Origin: Octopus sinensis
Taxonomy: Eukaryota
Length of the DNA: 53,318 nt
Reading direction: 5' to 3'
Assembly (NCBI RefSeq): GCF_006345805.1
Contig: NW_021835367.1
Coordinates: 1 to 53,318, forward strand
In this document: positions 38,324-50,929 of the stretch, in pieces
Layout of the letters: every line of letters begins with the position of its first letter
How positions within the stretch are numbered: the first letter of the stretch is position 1
Position numbers and translations under genes: made by a program
Notes under the pieces: generated by a model
Databases searched by the model: none
What the model was told of the DNA's origin: nothing
The model's input: the letters and a program-made list of their open reading frames with translations, nothing else

Positions 38324-38738
38324 CACTGGCGAAAATAAATTTAAGACCGATGATAAAATTCCCATAGAATTTTGTAATCACTTAGCGAATTCAATGCGGA
38401 GGCGTTTTTCAGTCGTTATTAAAAATAAAGGCTACGCCACAAAGTACTAATATATATTTCGTTCTTGTTGCTCATTTTTGCTACAATCTTCAGCTTTAAA
38501 TAAGATTATAATGATACGGTCTTAAACTAATTTTACCGGTAAATTTTAAACGTTTATATTAATTTAGCATTAGAATTCTTCAAGTTGTATAAAAATAGTA
38601 ATTGTCTGCATCATTCGAAAGAGAAATAAATTCTGCATAAGGTGTAAAAGATAAAAATAATTTGTTTGGTGTTAGTAACAAAATATTTTGTAAGAAATAG
38701 AACTTTTATCATCGCTCTTAAATTTATTTTCGCCGGTG
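38324..38738. mobile_element. Tc1/mariner-type MITE, 415 bp
   Basis: About 38-bp TIR CACTGGCGAAAATAAATTTAAGACCGATGATAAAA; TA on both sides (38322-38323, 38739-38740). Confidence 0.85.
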
Positions 38739-38780
38739 TATATGGAATGATGTCCTGATTATAATCCGACGGTAGTTGTT

Positions 38781-39073
38781 TGTTCCTTTTCGAGCCATGC
38801 CTGGCTCATAAGGGCCGGTTTCCCGGTTTCTTGGCGTATAGGTTACCCTCCTGGACGGGACGCCGGTCCGTCGCAGGTGAGCTGCAAGATGCAGGAGGAA
38901 AGAGTAAGAGAAAGTTGTGGCGAAAGAGTCAGCAGAAGTTCGCCATTACCTTCTGCCGGAGCCGCGTGGAGCTTAGGTGTTTCGCTCATAAACACACACA
39001 TCGCCCTGTCTGAGATTCGAACCCGCGATCCTTCGACCGCGAGTCCGCTGCTCTAACCACTAGGCTAGGTGCC
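38781..39073 (-). mobile_element. SINE family B, tail variant 3 (same tail type as the 3326 copy)
   Basis: tRNA-like head, shared body, tail containing GGACCGGCGTCCCGTCCAG. Confidence 0.85.
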
Positions 39074-39424
39074 TCCACACATTCGACGATAGTAAATTGG
39101 CATCAGACAAAATCCCACGTGATATTCAGCTTTGCCTCTCTACGTGCTGATTTTAAATTCCATTGAGGTCAAATTTGTTTTCCATTCTTTTGAGGTTGAT
39201 AAAATAAAGTACCAGGCAAGATGTTCTAAACTCCCTCCTCTTAAGATTTTGGTTTTGTGCCGATGTTAGAAAACTTTGTTACATAAACCAACTTTCGTCG
39301 AAAGATCATATATAACCGTTTACAGTTCTTTACTTTAACCTTGTCTATCACAAGGTGATCCTTGGTGCCCTTGAATCTTTTTCGGCATCCCTTTTGTTCT
39401 TCTGGCAGTAGATTGTATTCCACT

Positions 39425-39600
39425 GGCGAGCTGGCAGAATCATTAGCACGCCGGGCAAAATGCTTAGCGGCATTTCGTCTGGCTTTACGTTTTGAGTTCA
39501 AATTCCTCCGTGGTCGACTTTGCCTTTCATCATTTCGGGATCGATAAATTAAGTACTAGTGAAACACTGGGGTCGATGTGATCGACTAGTCCCCTTCTCG
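39425..39600 (+). mobile_element. SINE family A; further copies at 44423-44600 (+), 45542-45700 (+) and 47843-48023 (-)
   Basis: Family A head and core. Confidence 0.85.
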
Positions 39601-39633
39601 CAACTTCAACTCTTGTGCCTATAGTAAAAAGGA

Positions 39634-39682
<49 letters not shown>

Positions 39683-39929
39683 TTACACGTGAGACTTATT
39701 CTTTTTTCAAAGCGTCTCCTCTATTGGGAGTTTTTTGTAAATTGTTGAATTTTTTCGTTGTTGTAAAGCTTGTTTACACGGACTTTTTTCTTTCGAAAAA
39801 CGGACAAAGCCTTTTGTAACCTTTCGTCTTGTTTTGTCCCTTTATGTTTTCCAATCATGTTTGTCAGCCCTTATGGCCAATAAAAAGAATTAATTATTAT
39901 CATATTATTATTATTGTTATTATTTCATT

Positions 39930-40972
39930 GTCTTTGCACAGCTTCTAACGCTGGAGATGTACTACGGTGTCATCTGTTCACTACCAGTGAACTAAGGTAA
40001 CACCTCTTATTTTTCGAGCACCTTCTGGAGTATTCGACCGATTCTAAGCAGTGCTATTTTCTGCAAGTGCTCCACTCTTATTGCAGCCCTTATTTGTTGC
40101 ATGTACTTCTCAAGATTTTTACTCACTGTTCCCAGGGTACCGACAATTATTGGTACTACTATCACCTTTTTCATCGACCACAACTACTTAACTTCCCAAG
40201 CTAACCTTTCATATCTCTCGACTTTTCTTTCTTCCTTATCGCATACTTTGTTGTCAGCTGGGCATGCTATATCTATGATCCAGCATAGTTTCTTTTCTTT
40301 CTCAATTAAGACTATGTCTGGCATCCTATTCTCTATCTCATGATCGCACTGAATCATAAAATCCCTCAGGATCTTTGCATTTCTATTTTCGACGATACAT
40401 TCACGTTTATGTTCGTACCAATTTTTTGTTCTGTCAAGTCCATACTTTTGCAAAGTGTCCAATGGACATTCTTTGCTATATTGCCGTGGCGTCTCTTATT
40501 TTCCTTCTGGGCTAGTGGCGTACACTGGCTGGTAATATGCCACACAGTTTCACCATTTTGTCCACAGATCCTGCACTTATCACTTTCTGATGTGTTGTCT
40601 ATTCTGCATTTTATGTAGTTTGTTCTTAGTGCTTGCTCTTAGGCAGCACAGATCATAGCCTCCCTTTTCCGGTTTTAAATCCCTTTTAGTCATCCACAGT
40701 CATCTTTTTTCTCTATCTGTCTTATCTTCAACATCCCTATGAAATTGTCCATGCGTTATTTTCTTTACTCACCTATTTTCAGTTTCATTCTTTTTTAATT
40801 GCTTGTACAGTGTTTTATTTCATCCTACACAAGCCTGACCTTCCTACTTCTAATAATAGCGATTCTACAGCATTTTTACATTCCATGCTATGTTGTTTTA
40901 TTCTGCTCTAATGCTGTGTTTGCATCCAATAAGCCCTCTTCCTCCTCTTTTTCTTGGTACATACACTCTGTC
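39930..40972 (-). pseudogene. 5-prime-truncated non-LTR retrotransposon with restriction-like endonuclease (R4/Dong-like)
   Basis: DRVYVPRKRGGRGL, HGQF, zinc knuckle CRICGQNGETVWHITSQC, MPDIVLIEKEKKLCWIIDIACP (PD..D), 3-prime UTR; (ATT)n on both flanks. Confidence 0.9.
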
Positions 40973-41021
<49 letters not shown>

Positions 41022-41040
41022 GTTGTTGTTGTTGTTGTGT

Positions 41041-43053
41041 TTACAACTTTAGGCCTATAACTCTGCTGAATGCAGAATTCAAAATTTTGGCCAAGGTGTT
41101 AGCTACGTGGTTGGCTCTTGTCGTCGAGGATCTGGTAGGGAAAGCACAAACATGCACGATCTGGAAAAGATCCATCCACGACAACCTCCACCGCCTACGA
41201 AACATCATTGAGAAAGTGGCTAAAGAACCTGGCACGGATGGGGCTCTCATCAGTTTGGATCAGTCTAAAGCTTTCGATAGGATCGACCATCTATGCCTGG
41301 CGGCGGTTCTCAAGGCAGCTGGTTTCGTGTCTGTATTCAGGGGCTGGATCGCTGCAATGCACAGCGACATCTGTTCAGTGGTCAGAGTGAACGGTCGCCG
41401 CTCAGAGCCGTTCAATATCATGCGCTCGATCCGGTAAAGTTGCTTCCTTTCGTCTCTCTTGTACTTACTGACTCTCAAGCCACTACTACACAATCTCTAG
41501 GCGTTGAGAGGAATCCCGCGTGACCTAGGATGTGAGAGATGCGTGTCGGATCGTAGTGGTGTTAGATTATAAACAGAGAAATGATCTGCACCGCTCTCAG
41601 GGAGTACGAGGCGGTTTCACGAGCGACGATTAACCAGGAAAAATCAGTAAGCTTGCGTCTCGGTACCTGGAGAAGCAAGTTCCTGCTGTCGAACTGAGAC
41701 GTTGGGCGCTGGACGGACGGGCCGGTTAAATTGCTCGGGGTCTGGTTCGGTCCGGACCTCCAGATGGACAAAATCTGGGACGAGGTAACGAGCAGCGTGA
41801 CTACTCTCACCCAGAAATGGGCTGAGAGAAAGCTATCCCGGGAAGGTTGGGCAGAAGTGGCTAACGCGTATATCGCGTCCGTCATTTACTATCACTGGAC
41901 CGTCGTGCCTTGCCCCAGTCTGATTTCGCTGGGATTTATACTCTTCTGCCACTTGTGGAAGGGATGCATCTCGATGATCAGGTGGTCTATCAGCTGTCCA
42001 ACATCCGCTGCGTGGTGCTTGGGCTTGCCGTGGTTGATGATTCGCAGACATGCAACGAGACTACATTTCCATTGCTTTCTTGACGATGAACAGGTGTGGT
42101 CGCCGTTCGCCAGACACATATTTCCGCAGCTAGTTTCCTCAACGGAGCTACAGTTCTGGGTAAAACAGAGACCGATGGGGAGCAATTTGGAAAGTGAAAT
42201 GACTTCAAGCGCTCGCAGCCCTCAGCCAATCGGAACGTCCACTTTTATAGCATTTAAAGGAAAATGCGACGACGTTCTTGGGGGTCGAAGAAGATCAGCC
42301 GGTCACTCTTTTCCGAAGAACTTTCGGGATGGGACCGATCGATAATTTCCAAAGTCTCTCGTTTGGCAGTGCTACCGGGGAGCTTTGCCTGTTCGAGATA
42401 AACTTTACAGGCGGCTGAGCGTGTCCGAGATGGTTCTGCATACACTTGTCGAGTGTCCGAGCATTCCTGACCTGTGGGTTCATGTCGAACACCTGCTGTC
42501 GCGTGTAGGACGGATCCGGCTGTCAACTGAATCCATCGTGAAGATCGCCCCACTGCCTTCCTTAACTGGGCAGGAAAGGCTGTGTTTATATGCCTAGTGA
42601 CCATGGCGAAAGAGGTTGTATGATGGATGAGATTGAAGGGGCTGGAGACAAACACTTTTCTCTTTGGCCAATCCCTAATCAACTTCTTGAAGTGTCACTT
42701 GAAAAGAAAGCTAAGAGTAGAGAGGGAAGCGTTGTCTTCTAACCTGTTTGCTGAAAGGTGGATGGAAGTGGCGAGAATGATGCAAGTGAACGGACCTGCC
42801 CTGAGCATACGCCTGTAGTTGAAAAAAAGGAAAAGGAAAAGGAAACTACCCCAAACGTCAGGGTACTCATGGTCTTTATGAGGTTTTTCCATGAGCAGCC
42901 CTCGAACATCTCCTCCCTATTGAGGATTACACGTTCTTGATTTAAAAAAAAATTGTTAGTCTTCTTTACATGCAAAGTCCTCACAACACGCAACACATTT
43001 TAAAAAATTTTGTCCTGTACACCCCACAATGTTTTTCTTAATGTAAACCCTTG
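41041..43053 (+). pseudogene. L1/Tx1-clade LINE ORF2 remnant with 3-prime UTR
   Basis: FRPITLLNAEFKILAKVL, LDQSKAFDRIDH, LLGVWFG, C-terminal LHTLVECP; stops and frameshifts; no YADD motif found. Confidence 0.9.
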
Positions 43054-43055
43054 TA

Positions 43056-44341
43056 TCAGGTCATCCCATAAGTTCTGTCCGATTTTACCTTTTTAAAAAT
43101 TGAATGAAATTTAATAGTATTTCAGAATGATTAATGGAATTAAAAATTATTTTTATGCATTTGCGTACATTTAAACTAATTAAATATTATTTTACAGAAT
43201 AATAGAATTAAAATTTCTTTGATTAAAACCCTTTCTAACGTGGAAGTATCCAAGGAGCATTTGAGGCGCATAATGTATATGAGTACAAAAATGGAAACCC
43301 TGCAGCCGAAGCGACTCGAAACATACACTCAGTTTACGGGGAAATGCCTGAATGAAAGAACTTGCAGAAGATGGTTTGCAAAATTCAGAAGTGGAGATTT
43401 CAGCTTTGACGGTGAAGATCGAACAGGATGTCCAGTTGAGTTTGATGATAAGCTCCTTGAGATGTTACTTGAAGAAAATCCTGCATTATTAGTTGAAGAA
43501 TTGGCAATAAAACTTAGTTCAAACCATACGACTGTTCATCGTCCTCTTCAACAACTTGGAAAAGTTCTTAAACTTGGAAAATGGGTGCCTCATGAATTGT
43601 CCGAAAGCAACCGTAAATCCCGAGTTGACATCTGCTCTTCTCTCCATTCTCGCAAATTCATTTCACCCTTATTTGGATAGACTTGTGACTGGTGACGAAA
43701 AATGGATCTTTTATCGAAATGTTAAACGTCGTAAACAGTGGCTTGGTAAAAGGGAAAAAGATCAACCACAACCGAGGAGGGAACTGCATGGGAAAACGGT
43801 TCTTCTCTCTATCTGTTGGGATTGCAAAGGAGTAAGTCACTTTGAATCGTTACCACCCAATGCAGCAATCAATGTTCAAATCTACTGTCAGCAATTAGAG
43901 TGTTTGAAGCAAGTTTTGAAGAAATAAAGACCCGCTTTAGTGAATCGAAAAGGAGTGATGTTTCATCAGGACAATGCGCGATATAACACTGCAAAGATCA
44001 CATCACAGAAGATGGAAGAGCTTGGTTGGGAAAACATTCCTCATCCACCTTATCCTCCCGACCTTGCATCTTCAGACTACCATTTGTTTCGTAGTTTACA
44101 GAATCATTTGGGGGACATAACTTTCGTAAACCGGGAGGAGGTCGTAACTGACATTTGAGAGTTCTTCGCTTTAAAACCAAAAAAAGTTTTATATTGATTG
44201 GATTAAAAAGCCTGTAAATAAATGGAAGGAAGTCTTAGATAATCAGGTAAATACATTGATGATTAAATTTCAATTAAATATAACATTTGATTACTTGTTT
44301 TCTTTATTCAAAATTCGGACAGAACTTATGGGATGACCTGA
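43056..44341 (+). mobile_element. Full-length mariner transposon (1286 bp), transposase disrupted
   Basis: Perfect 27-bp TIR TCAGGTCATCCCATAAGTTCTGTCCGA, TA TSD; WVPHEL, TGDEKW, HQDNAR and YPPDLASSD motifs in three frames with a stop. Confidence 0.97.
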
Positions 44342-44352
44342 TAGTTAAAGAA

Positions 44353-44418
<66 letters not shown>

Positions 44419-44654
44419 TGTTAAGGCGGTGAGTTGGCAGAATCGTTAGAACACCGGCCGAAATGCTTAGCAGTAGTTCATCTGCCGCTACATTCTGAGT
44501 TCAAATTCCGCCGAGGTCGACTTTGCCTTTCATTCTTTAGCAGTCGATAAAATAAGTACCAGTTGTTCTCTGGAGTCGATGTAATCGACTTAACCCCATT
44601 CCCAGAATGCTGCCCTTGTAGCAAAATTTGAAACCATCATTATTATTATTATTG

Positions 44655-45011
44655 GCTTTGCACAGCTTCTAACGCTGGAGATGTACTACGGTATCAGCTG
44701 TTCACTACCAGTGAACTAAGGTAACACCTCTTATTTTTCGAGTACCTTCCGGAGTATTCGAGCGGTTCCAAGCAGTGCTGTTTTCTGCAAGTGCTCCACC
44801 CTTGTTGCAGCCACTATTTGTTCCTTGTACATTATTATGGTGACAGTGTTGCACCCGGCAGGCGTAGAGATTATGGTTCGGCTCCAGCCTGTCGATATCC
44901 AGAAAGGGACCACCACACACTGCGTAGATGGAACAAGCAAATTCCCACGACAATATAGCCAGGCTTGTCCTTTGGACACTTTGCAACAAGAATGGACTTG
45001 ACAGAGCAAAA
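44655..45011 (-). mobile_element. Rearranged short copy of the R4/Dong-like element
   Basis: 44655-44830 matches the 3-prime end at 39930; 44946-45011 encodes HDNIARLVLWTLCNKNGLDRAK on the opposite strand. Confidence 0.85.
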
Positions 45012-45169
45012 ATTATTATTATTATTATTATTATTATTATCATTATTATTATTATTGCTGCTGTTGTTGTTATTGTTGTTGTTCTGAAAAACTCTCGGAT
45101 AGTTCTTAATTACCGGTTATTCTTTACTTGAAAGCAGGCAATAACAAATTACTAAAGGTTTCAAGTAGT

Positions 45170-45538
45170 ACCTTCTCCTGTGACTCAAAGAGACAATACT
45201 TTCCTTAGAATGCGTGCTTTACCTAACAATGTTGTCGTCTGCATCATCTCGAGCCTGATAGCAGCTCCAATATTCTTAATACATTTTTCAAAGCCCTTGG
45301 AAATTGCTCCTAATGCTTTTATTACTACCGGTTTCACCATTAATTTCGCCATGCCCCATAACTTTCCTATCTCGTCTCGTAGTGGCTGGTATTTCCCAAT
45401 CTTTCCTGTTTCCTTACATTTCACCCTTGAATCGCCTGATATTACATCTATTATCTGTATGGACGAGCACGATATCTGGTCGTTTCGCCTCTATGACTTG
45501 GTTGCGTCGCATGTTAGAATCCCAGAGTATTTTGTAAT
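45170..45538 (-). pseudogene. Restriction-like endonuclease domain of a second, divergent RLE retrotransposon
   Basis: KILWD..VIEAKRPDIVLV...KIGKYQPLRDEIGKLW...VVIKALGAI...ARILRKVLSL. Confidence 0.85.
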
Positions 45539-45739
45539 GTTAAGGCGGCGAGCTGGCAGAATCGTTAGCACGTTGGGCATTGCGTCTGCCCTTACGATCC
45601 GAGATCAAATTCCCCCGAGGTCACCTTTGCCTTTCATCCTTTCGGGGTCGATTAAATAAGTACCATTTACGTACTGGGGCCGATGTAATCAACTTAATTC
45701 TTACCCAAAATTTGAGCCCTTGTGCTTCCATTAGAAAGA

Positions 45740-45799
<60 letters not shown>

Positions 45800-48256
45800 T
45801 GCATGGCCATTTTCTGTTTATGATGCCAAGTTAAAGATCTTTTGCTCAGTCCTTTTAATCTTGACTGAGCAAACCTTTAGTCACTAATATTCCTGACCGT
45901 CCGTCCTGCCGTTTTTTTGCGGGGGGGGGGGTCACCTACGAGTACATTGTTCGATGCACCCTCTTGTTTTAAAAAGGTAACGTTTAATTTGAGAGAGATT
46001 AATAAATAGCTGCTATTTCTAACAGATCGAGCGTCTCCATAGAGGCTTCCTCGCTGGTTCATTTTTAAATAGGTGTAATCAAATTTGAGTCTCGACATCT
46101 AATCGCCAAGAACAGTAAAAGATGTATCAGGTGAGGAATGCAACAAAGAATTATTAGTTTTAAAACTGTCTTCGATAAATCGACTTTGATCTGTGGGAAA
46201 AAAATTAAAGTGTTTATTTATTAATTTAAATAACCGACTTCTAGAAAATGATAGTTTCACATTCTCCATAATTGTGAGTCCACTTCCGGTCTCTCCATCT
46301 TTCTGAAATACGCCATTTTATGCTTGCATTATTTTCTTTTGCGCTTGTCAATGGTCTCTGTGTTTTTGAGTTTGAGTTGTGTGTGAGAGTGTGAGTGTGA
46401 GTGTGTGTGTGTCTGCGTGTGTGTGTATATGTATGTACATACGTGTTTCTGTATTTATAATTATAATTATCAAGTTTTAGTAGTGAAGAAAGTATTTTGC
46501 ATCTTTTCGCTTGCCTTTCGTATTCTTGTGTGCGCACACACATATACATACATACATACATACATATATATATATGTACATATATATATATATGTGTGTG
46601 TGTGTATGTATGTATATGAAGAATTTCTCTTGATTAAAAGAGAATATCGTTTATTGCTTTGATACGTTTTTGTTTTCAATGTTTCCATATATTTGGAAAG
46701 ATATCTGTGAAACACCCGCGTTGATCGACCAAGGCAATATATTTAAAGAAAAAATGTTGTCTCTTGAGAAATTCATTGTCAATAATTAATAGTTCGGTGA
46801 TTGTTCACGAGAAAATTTTAATATCTTCCTCGAGTCAGCTGACATTGGCATTGGTCTGGAAATTTATTCGACTTGACTGAATCGTAGAAATTCTTCAATT
46901 GAATGTCGATGTTTACCTGCAAGAATAAACAGAAAACACAGTAGTTTAGTAGAAAATAATGTTGGTCGCGTTCTTTCTTAATACATGTGTGTGTTATGTG
47001 CGTCTTCGTGTTTTTGTTTATCTCTCATTAATTCTGACCGCCATTGTTACTTACGTCCCCCTTACTTAGCGGTTCGGCAAAAGATCTGATACAATAAGTA
47101 TGATGCAGTACCAGGCAGTGGCTCTCATGGGTTCTGATCTTAACTGATTGGAAGTGTTATCATGTACATTGTTTTGTCTTGGTATAAAAGATGGGCTACA
47201 GCAAATATTCTGCTCAATACCACAGATTTGCTTGTCAGTTGCTTGACCTTAACCATTTGAGCATGTCCCCTGGTGGCTGACGATATGTGCATCTCTGATC
47301 GCGAGCAGTAGTAGTGGGGGAGCATCATAGCCATGTGTTGAGAGGAATTCTTTTGGGTTTGAATAATTCATCTCTGGAAACATGGGTGTTTCGTTCAACA
47401 TCTTTAAACAACCCTTATTCAGGGACCTTTTGAGCGGGATGAGTTACTCGACCAGAAGAAAATTCTAACTGAGCCCCACCTGCAAGGTCATGCGCTGTTT
47501 ATCTTGATGTGAGATCACCATGTCGCGTACATATGGTTGTGATGCATGTGCCTAGTGTACCCTTATCAAACAGGTAGTTATGATGGGTATACTGGGCTAT
47601 ACATATATACATATAAACAAATACACAGACAGACACACAGACGCACACACACACAGACACACACACATACACAAATATAAACACACACATATATACACTT
47701 ACACAAACAAATACACACACGCAGACAGATACAGACACACAAACACACACACATACATACACTAATATACATATATATGGATTATTTATGAATATATAAT
47801 ATGCAGTATGATCTTTCAGTTTTAACACATTCTACATATATATATTTCTTTATTGCCCACAAGGGGCTAAACATAGAGGGAACAAACAAAGACAGACATA
47901 GGTATTAAGTCGATTATATCGACCCCAGTACGTAATTGGTACTTTATTTATCGACCCCGAAAGGATGAAAGGCAAAGTCGACCTCGGCGGAATTTGAACT
48001 CAGAACGTAACGGCAGACGAAATATATAGAGAATTGGCAAATATGTAGCTTGCCGTATAGAAACCCCGCTATATTTCTTCCGGTTGTCCGTACTCTGAGT
48101 TTATACCCCGACAGGATGAGTTTTTTCCTTTTCCCTTGATCGGAGCCACTGGCAGTTTATTCGCAGAACAGGTTGAAAATCAGACGGGAGACGTAGCGAC
48201 ATCTGACCCTGCTCCTTTTAATTGCTAACACTTAACCCCTGCTATGACACAGGTAC

Positions 48257-48439
48257 CAAGCTGTAACATTTCTTGGATAATATCTGTGATGCAGTGAAAA
48301 GACTTGGCTGCGCAGATCATTACTGGTCTTTCATGTTCCACGTTGCCGATTTCTACGTCTTCCAAAGGTTTTTCGTTTTTTCTCATGAAGTATACGGTGG
48401 TCTTGGACACTGAGGTATCCACAATCGAGATGCTTCCGC
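48257..48439 (-). CDS. Candidate 183-bp exon (phase 1-1), weakly ankyrin-like at its end
   Basis: Acceptor TTTATCCTTTTATCAG; open frame GSISIVDT...ERPVMICAAKSFHCITDIIQEMLQL; weak donor GTACCT. Confidence 0.3.
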
Positions 48440-49158
48440 CTGATAAAAGGATAAATCTTATCTCAGACACTAGCGGCACCACAGAGTGAATTGTATATAA
48501 AACAAAAAATGTAAAATGTCGCCTAAGTTCCGTGACGCTGTTGCTGTTGTTTTTATTGCGGTTGCTGCTGTCTCCTCCTCCTCCTCCTCTAGAGCTTTCT
48601 GGGACAAAATCACTATTGTTCGACCATCACTCTAGTATTCCAGCGCTCCACACGGGAGGCGTTGGCATATTACATGCAAATCTATTATCTAACATCATCC
48701 ATTATTTGTAAGATGGAGCGTGACGGGGTAAAAGTAGGAGATAGATAGAGAGGTGGAGGAGGAGGAGGAGGAAGAGAGAGAATGTTAGAGTGATAGAAGG
48801 GGGATGGGGTGAGAGAAAGATTGAAAGAGTGATGGAGAGGATGACAGATGGAGAGTGAGAGAGAGAGAATGCATATGTTAGAAAGCGATTGCCTTTGTAA
48901 TAGCAAGAATGAGAGAGAAAGGAAAAGAGCGAGTAAGAAGAGAGTGAAAGGGGCAGAGGGGAAAAGGGAGAGCGAGAAAGAGAAAGGGAAAGAAAGAGAG
49001 TAAGAGTTCCAAGGGGTTGCGCTTTGTAATCGATCACATTCGTAGCGTTGCCCCCAATGACGACGAAGGAAATGTTTCGATGGCTCATAACATGTAAACG
49101 TTAATAGGTGTCATGAGTATGAAAAGTAGAAAAACTATTGGCAAATCACATGAGTTAC

Positions 49159-49231
49159 CTTGTAGTGTCGAGTTCAAGTCCTGGGGGTAGCTTCTTGCTG
49201 GTAAGAACTGAAGTTTCCTTCCATAACTCAT
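49159..49231 (-). CDS. Candidate first coding segment MSYGRKLQFLPARSYPQDLNSTLQ
   Basis: Donor AAG|GTAACT at 49159/49158; phase 1 joins in frame to the 48257-48439 segment. Confidence 0.25.
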
Positions 49232-49554
49232 GACAACGTCTGTTTCCAAATATTGCGCAGACGACCACCCAGACACAGAGAGAGTGAGAGAGAGAGATAG
49301 ATAGAGAGAGAGAAGGAGTGAAGAAGAAGATATTGAGTGAGAGAGAGGTTGTGGAGAGGTGTTGAATGTCTTGTTGGGCAACAAGAAACTATCAACAGTC
49401 AATCAAACAACTATAGTGTTGTTATAGATAGCTATTCAGGGTAAGGGTCGGGAAGTAAGCACAGAGTGAATGAGGGATAGATTAAAATATAGTTAGAGAG
49501 AAAGAGAAAGAGAGAGAGAGAGAGAGGAGCATTTGTAAGAGATATTAAGTAAAA

Positions 49555-49585
49555 AGATGGCGGCTGAGAGAAGATCACGTGACTG
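49555..49585. promoter_or_regulatory. YY1-like AAGATGGCGGC next to E-box TCACGTGAC
   Basis: Motifs seen directly in unique sequence upstream of the candidate minus-strand exon; function is inferred. Confidence 0.25.
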
Positions 49586-49662
49586 TCGGCACAATGCAAT
49601 TCGAATCTGAGCTTTTATTTTCCTCGCTTCTTTTCCTTCAGTTACTTTTTTTCTCTTGAAGT

Positions 49663-49717
<55 letters not shown>

Positions 49718-49863
49718 CACACGCACGCGCGAGCACACACACACACGCACACATACGTATACGGTTCTCGTTTCGCTTACCCTTTTTCTCTCACATATTT
49801 CTCTTCCTGTTTATACATTATAGCTTTACAAGAAACAAATACGCGCGCACACGCACAAACACG

Positions 49864-49905
<42 letters not shown>

Positions 49906-50033
49906 TTCGTTCCCTCTCTCTCTCCCTCTCTTTCTATAAATATACACATATATATGTATATGTAAATATATTTATATATGTATATATGTATATAGATATC
50001 TATATATACATGATGTATATATATGCACATATC

Positions 50034-50078
<45 letters not shown>

Positions 50079-50522
50079 ATATATATATATATATGATATA
50101 TATATATAAAATCTTGCACAACAAATATTAAACGTATAGATATATATATTATATATAATAGTATACACTCATATTCATGCAAAAACGATACGATGACTAT
50201 GTGTATTATCAGAAAATTTCGGTAATCCCACGTAAACATACGTACATATATACTATATAAAACACGTATTCACATAACATCTATATACACTTATGTTTGT
50301 AAGTTTGTATGTGTATGTATAGAGAACATCATTTAATAACAACAAGTGTATTATGTATACATTTGTATTCCTATATATACGTACGTGTGCGTGTAAGTGG
50401 TGTGTGTGTATGTATATATATATATATGCATTACATATATACATATATATACATGCACACATATACATATATACATATATACATATATATATAATATATT
50501 ATATATATATATATAATATAAT

Positions 50523-50556
<34 letters not shown>

Positions 50557-50679
50557 ATTTATAATATATATATATTATTATATATATATAATATATATGT
50601 ATATATATTATATATATATATATAATATATATGTATATATATATTATATATATATATATATATGTATATAATATATGTA

Positions 50680-50710
<31 letters not shown>

Positions 50711-50870
50711 TATCCATGTAGTATATGTAGATATGTATGTGTGTAAAAGTATGTTTACATATGTATATGTAAACACGCAATCATTATATGTGTATGCTTG
50801 CAGACATACGCACGCACATATGTATGTATGTACACATATATTTATATACATACATACATGGATACACACA

Positions 50871-50929
<59 letters not shown>

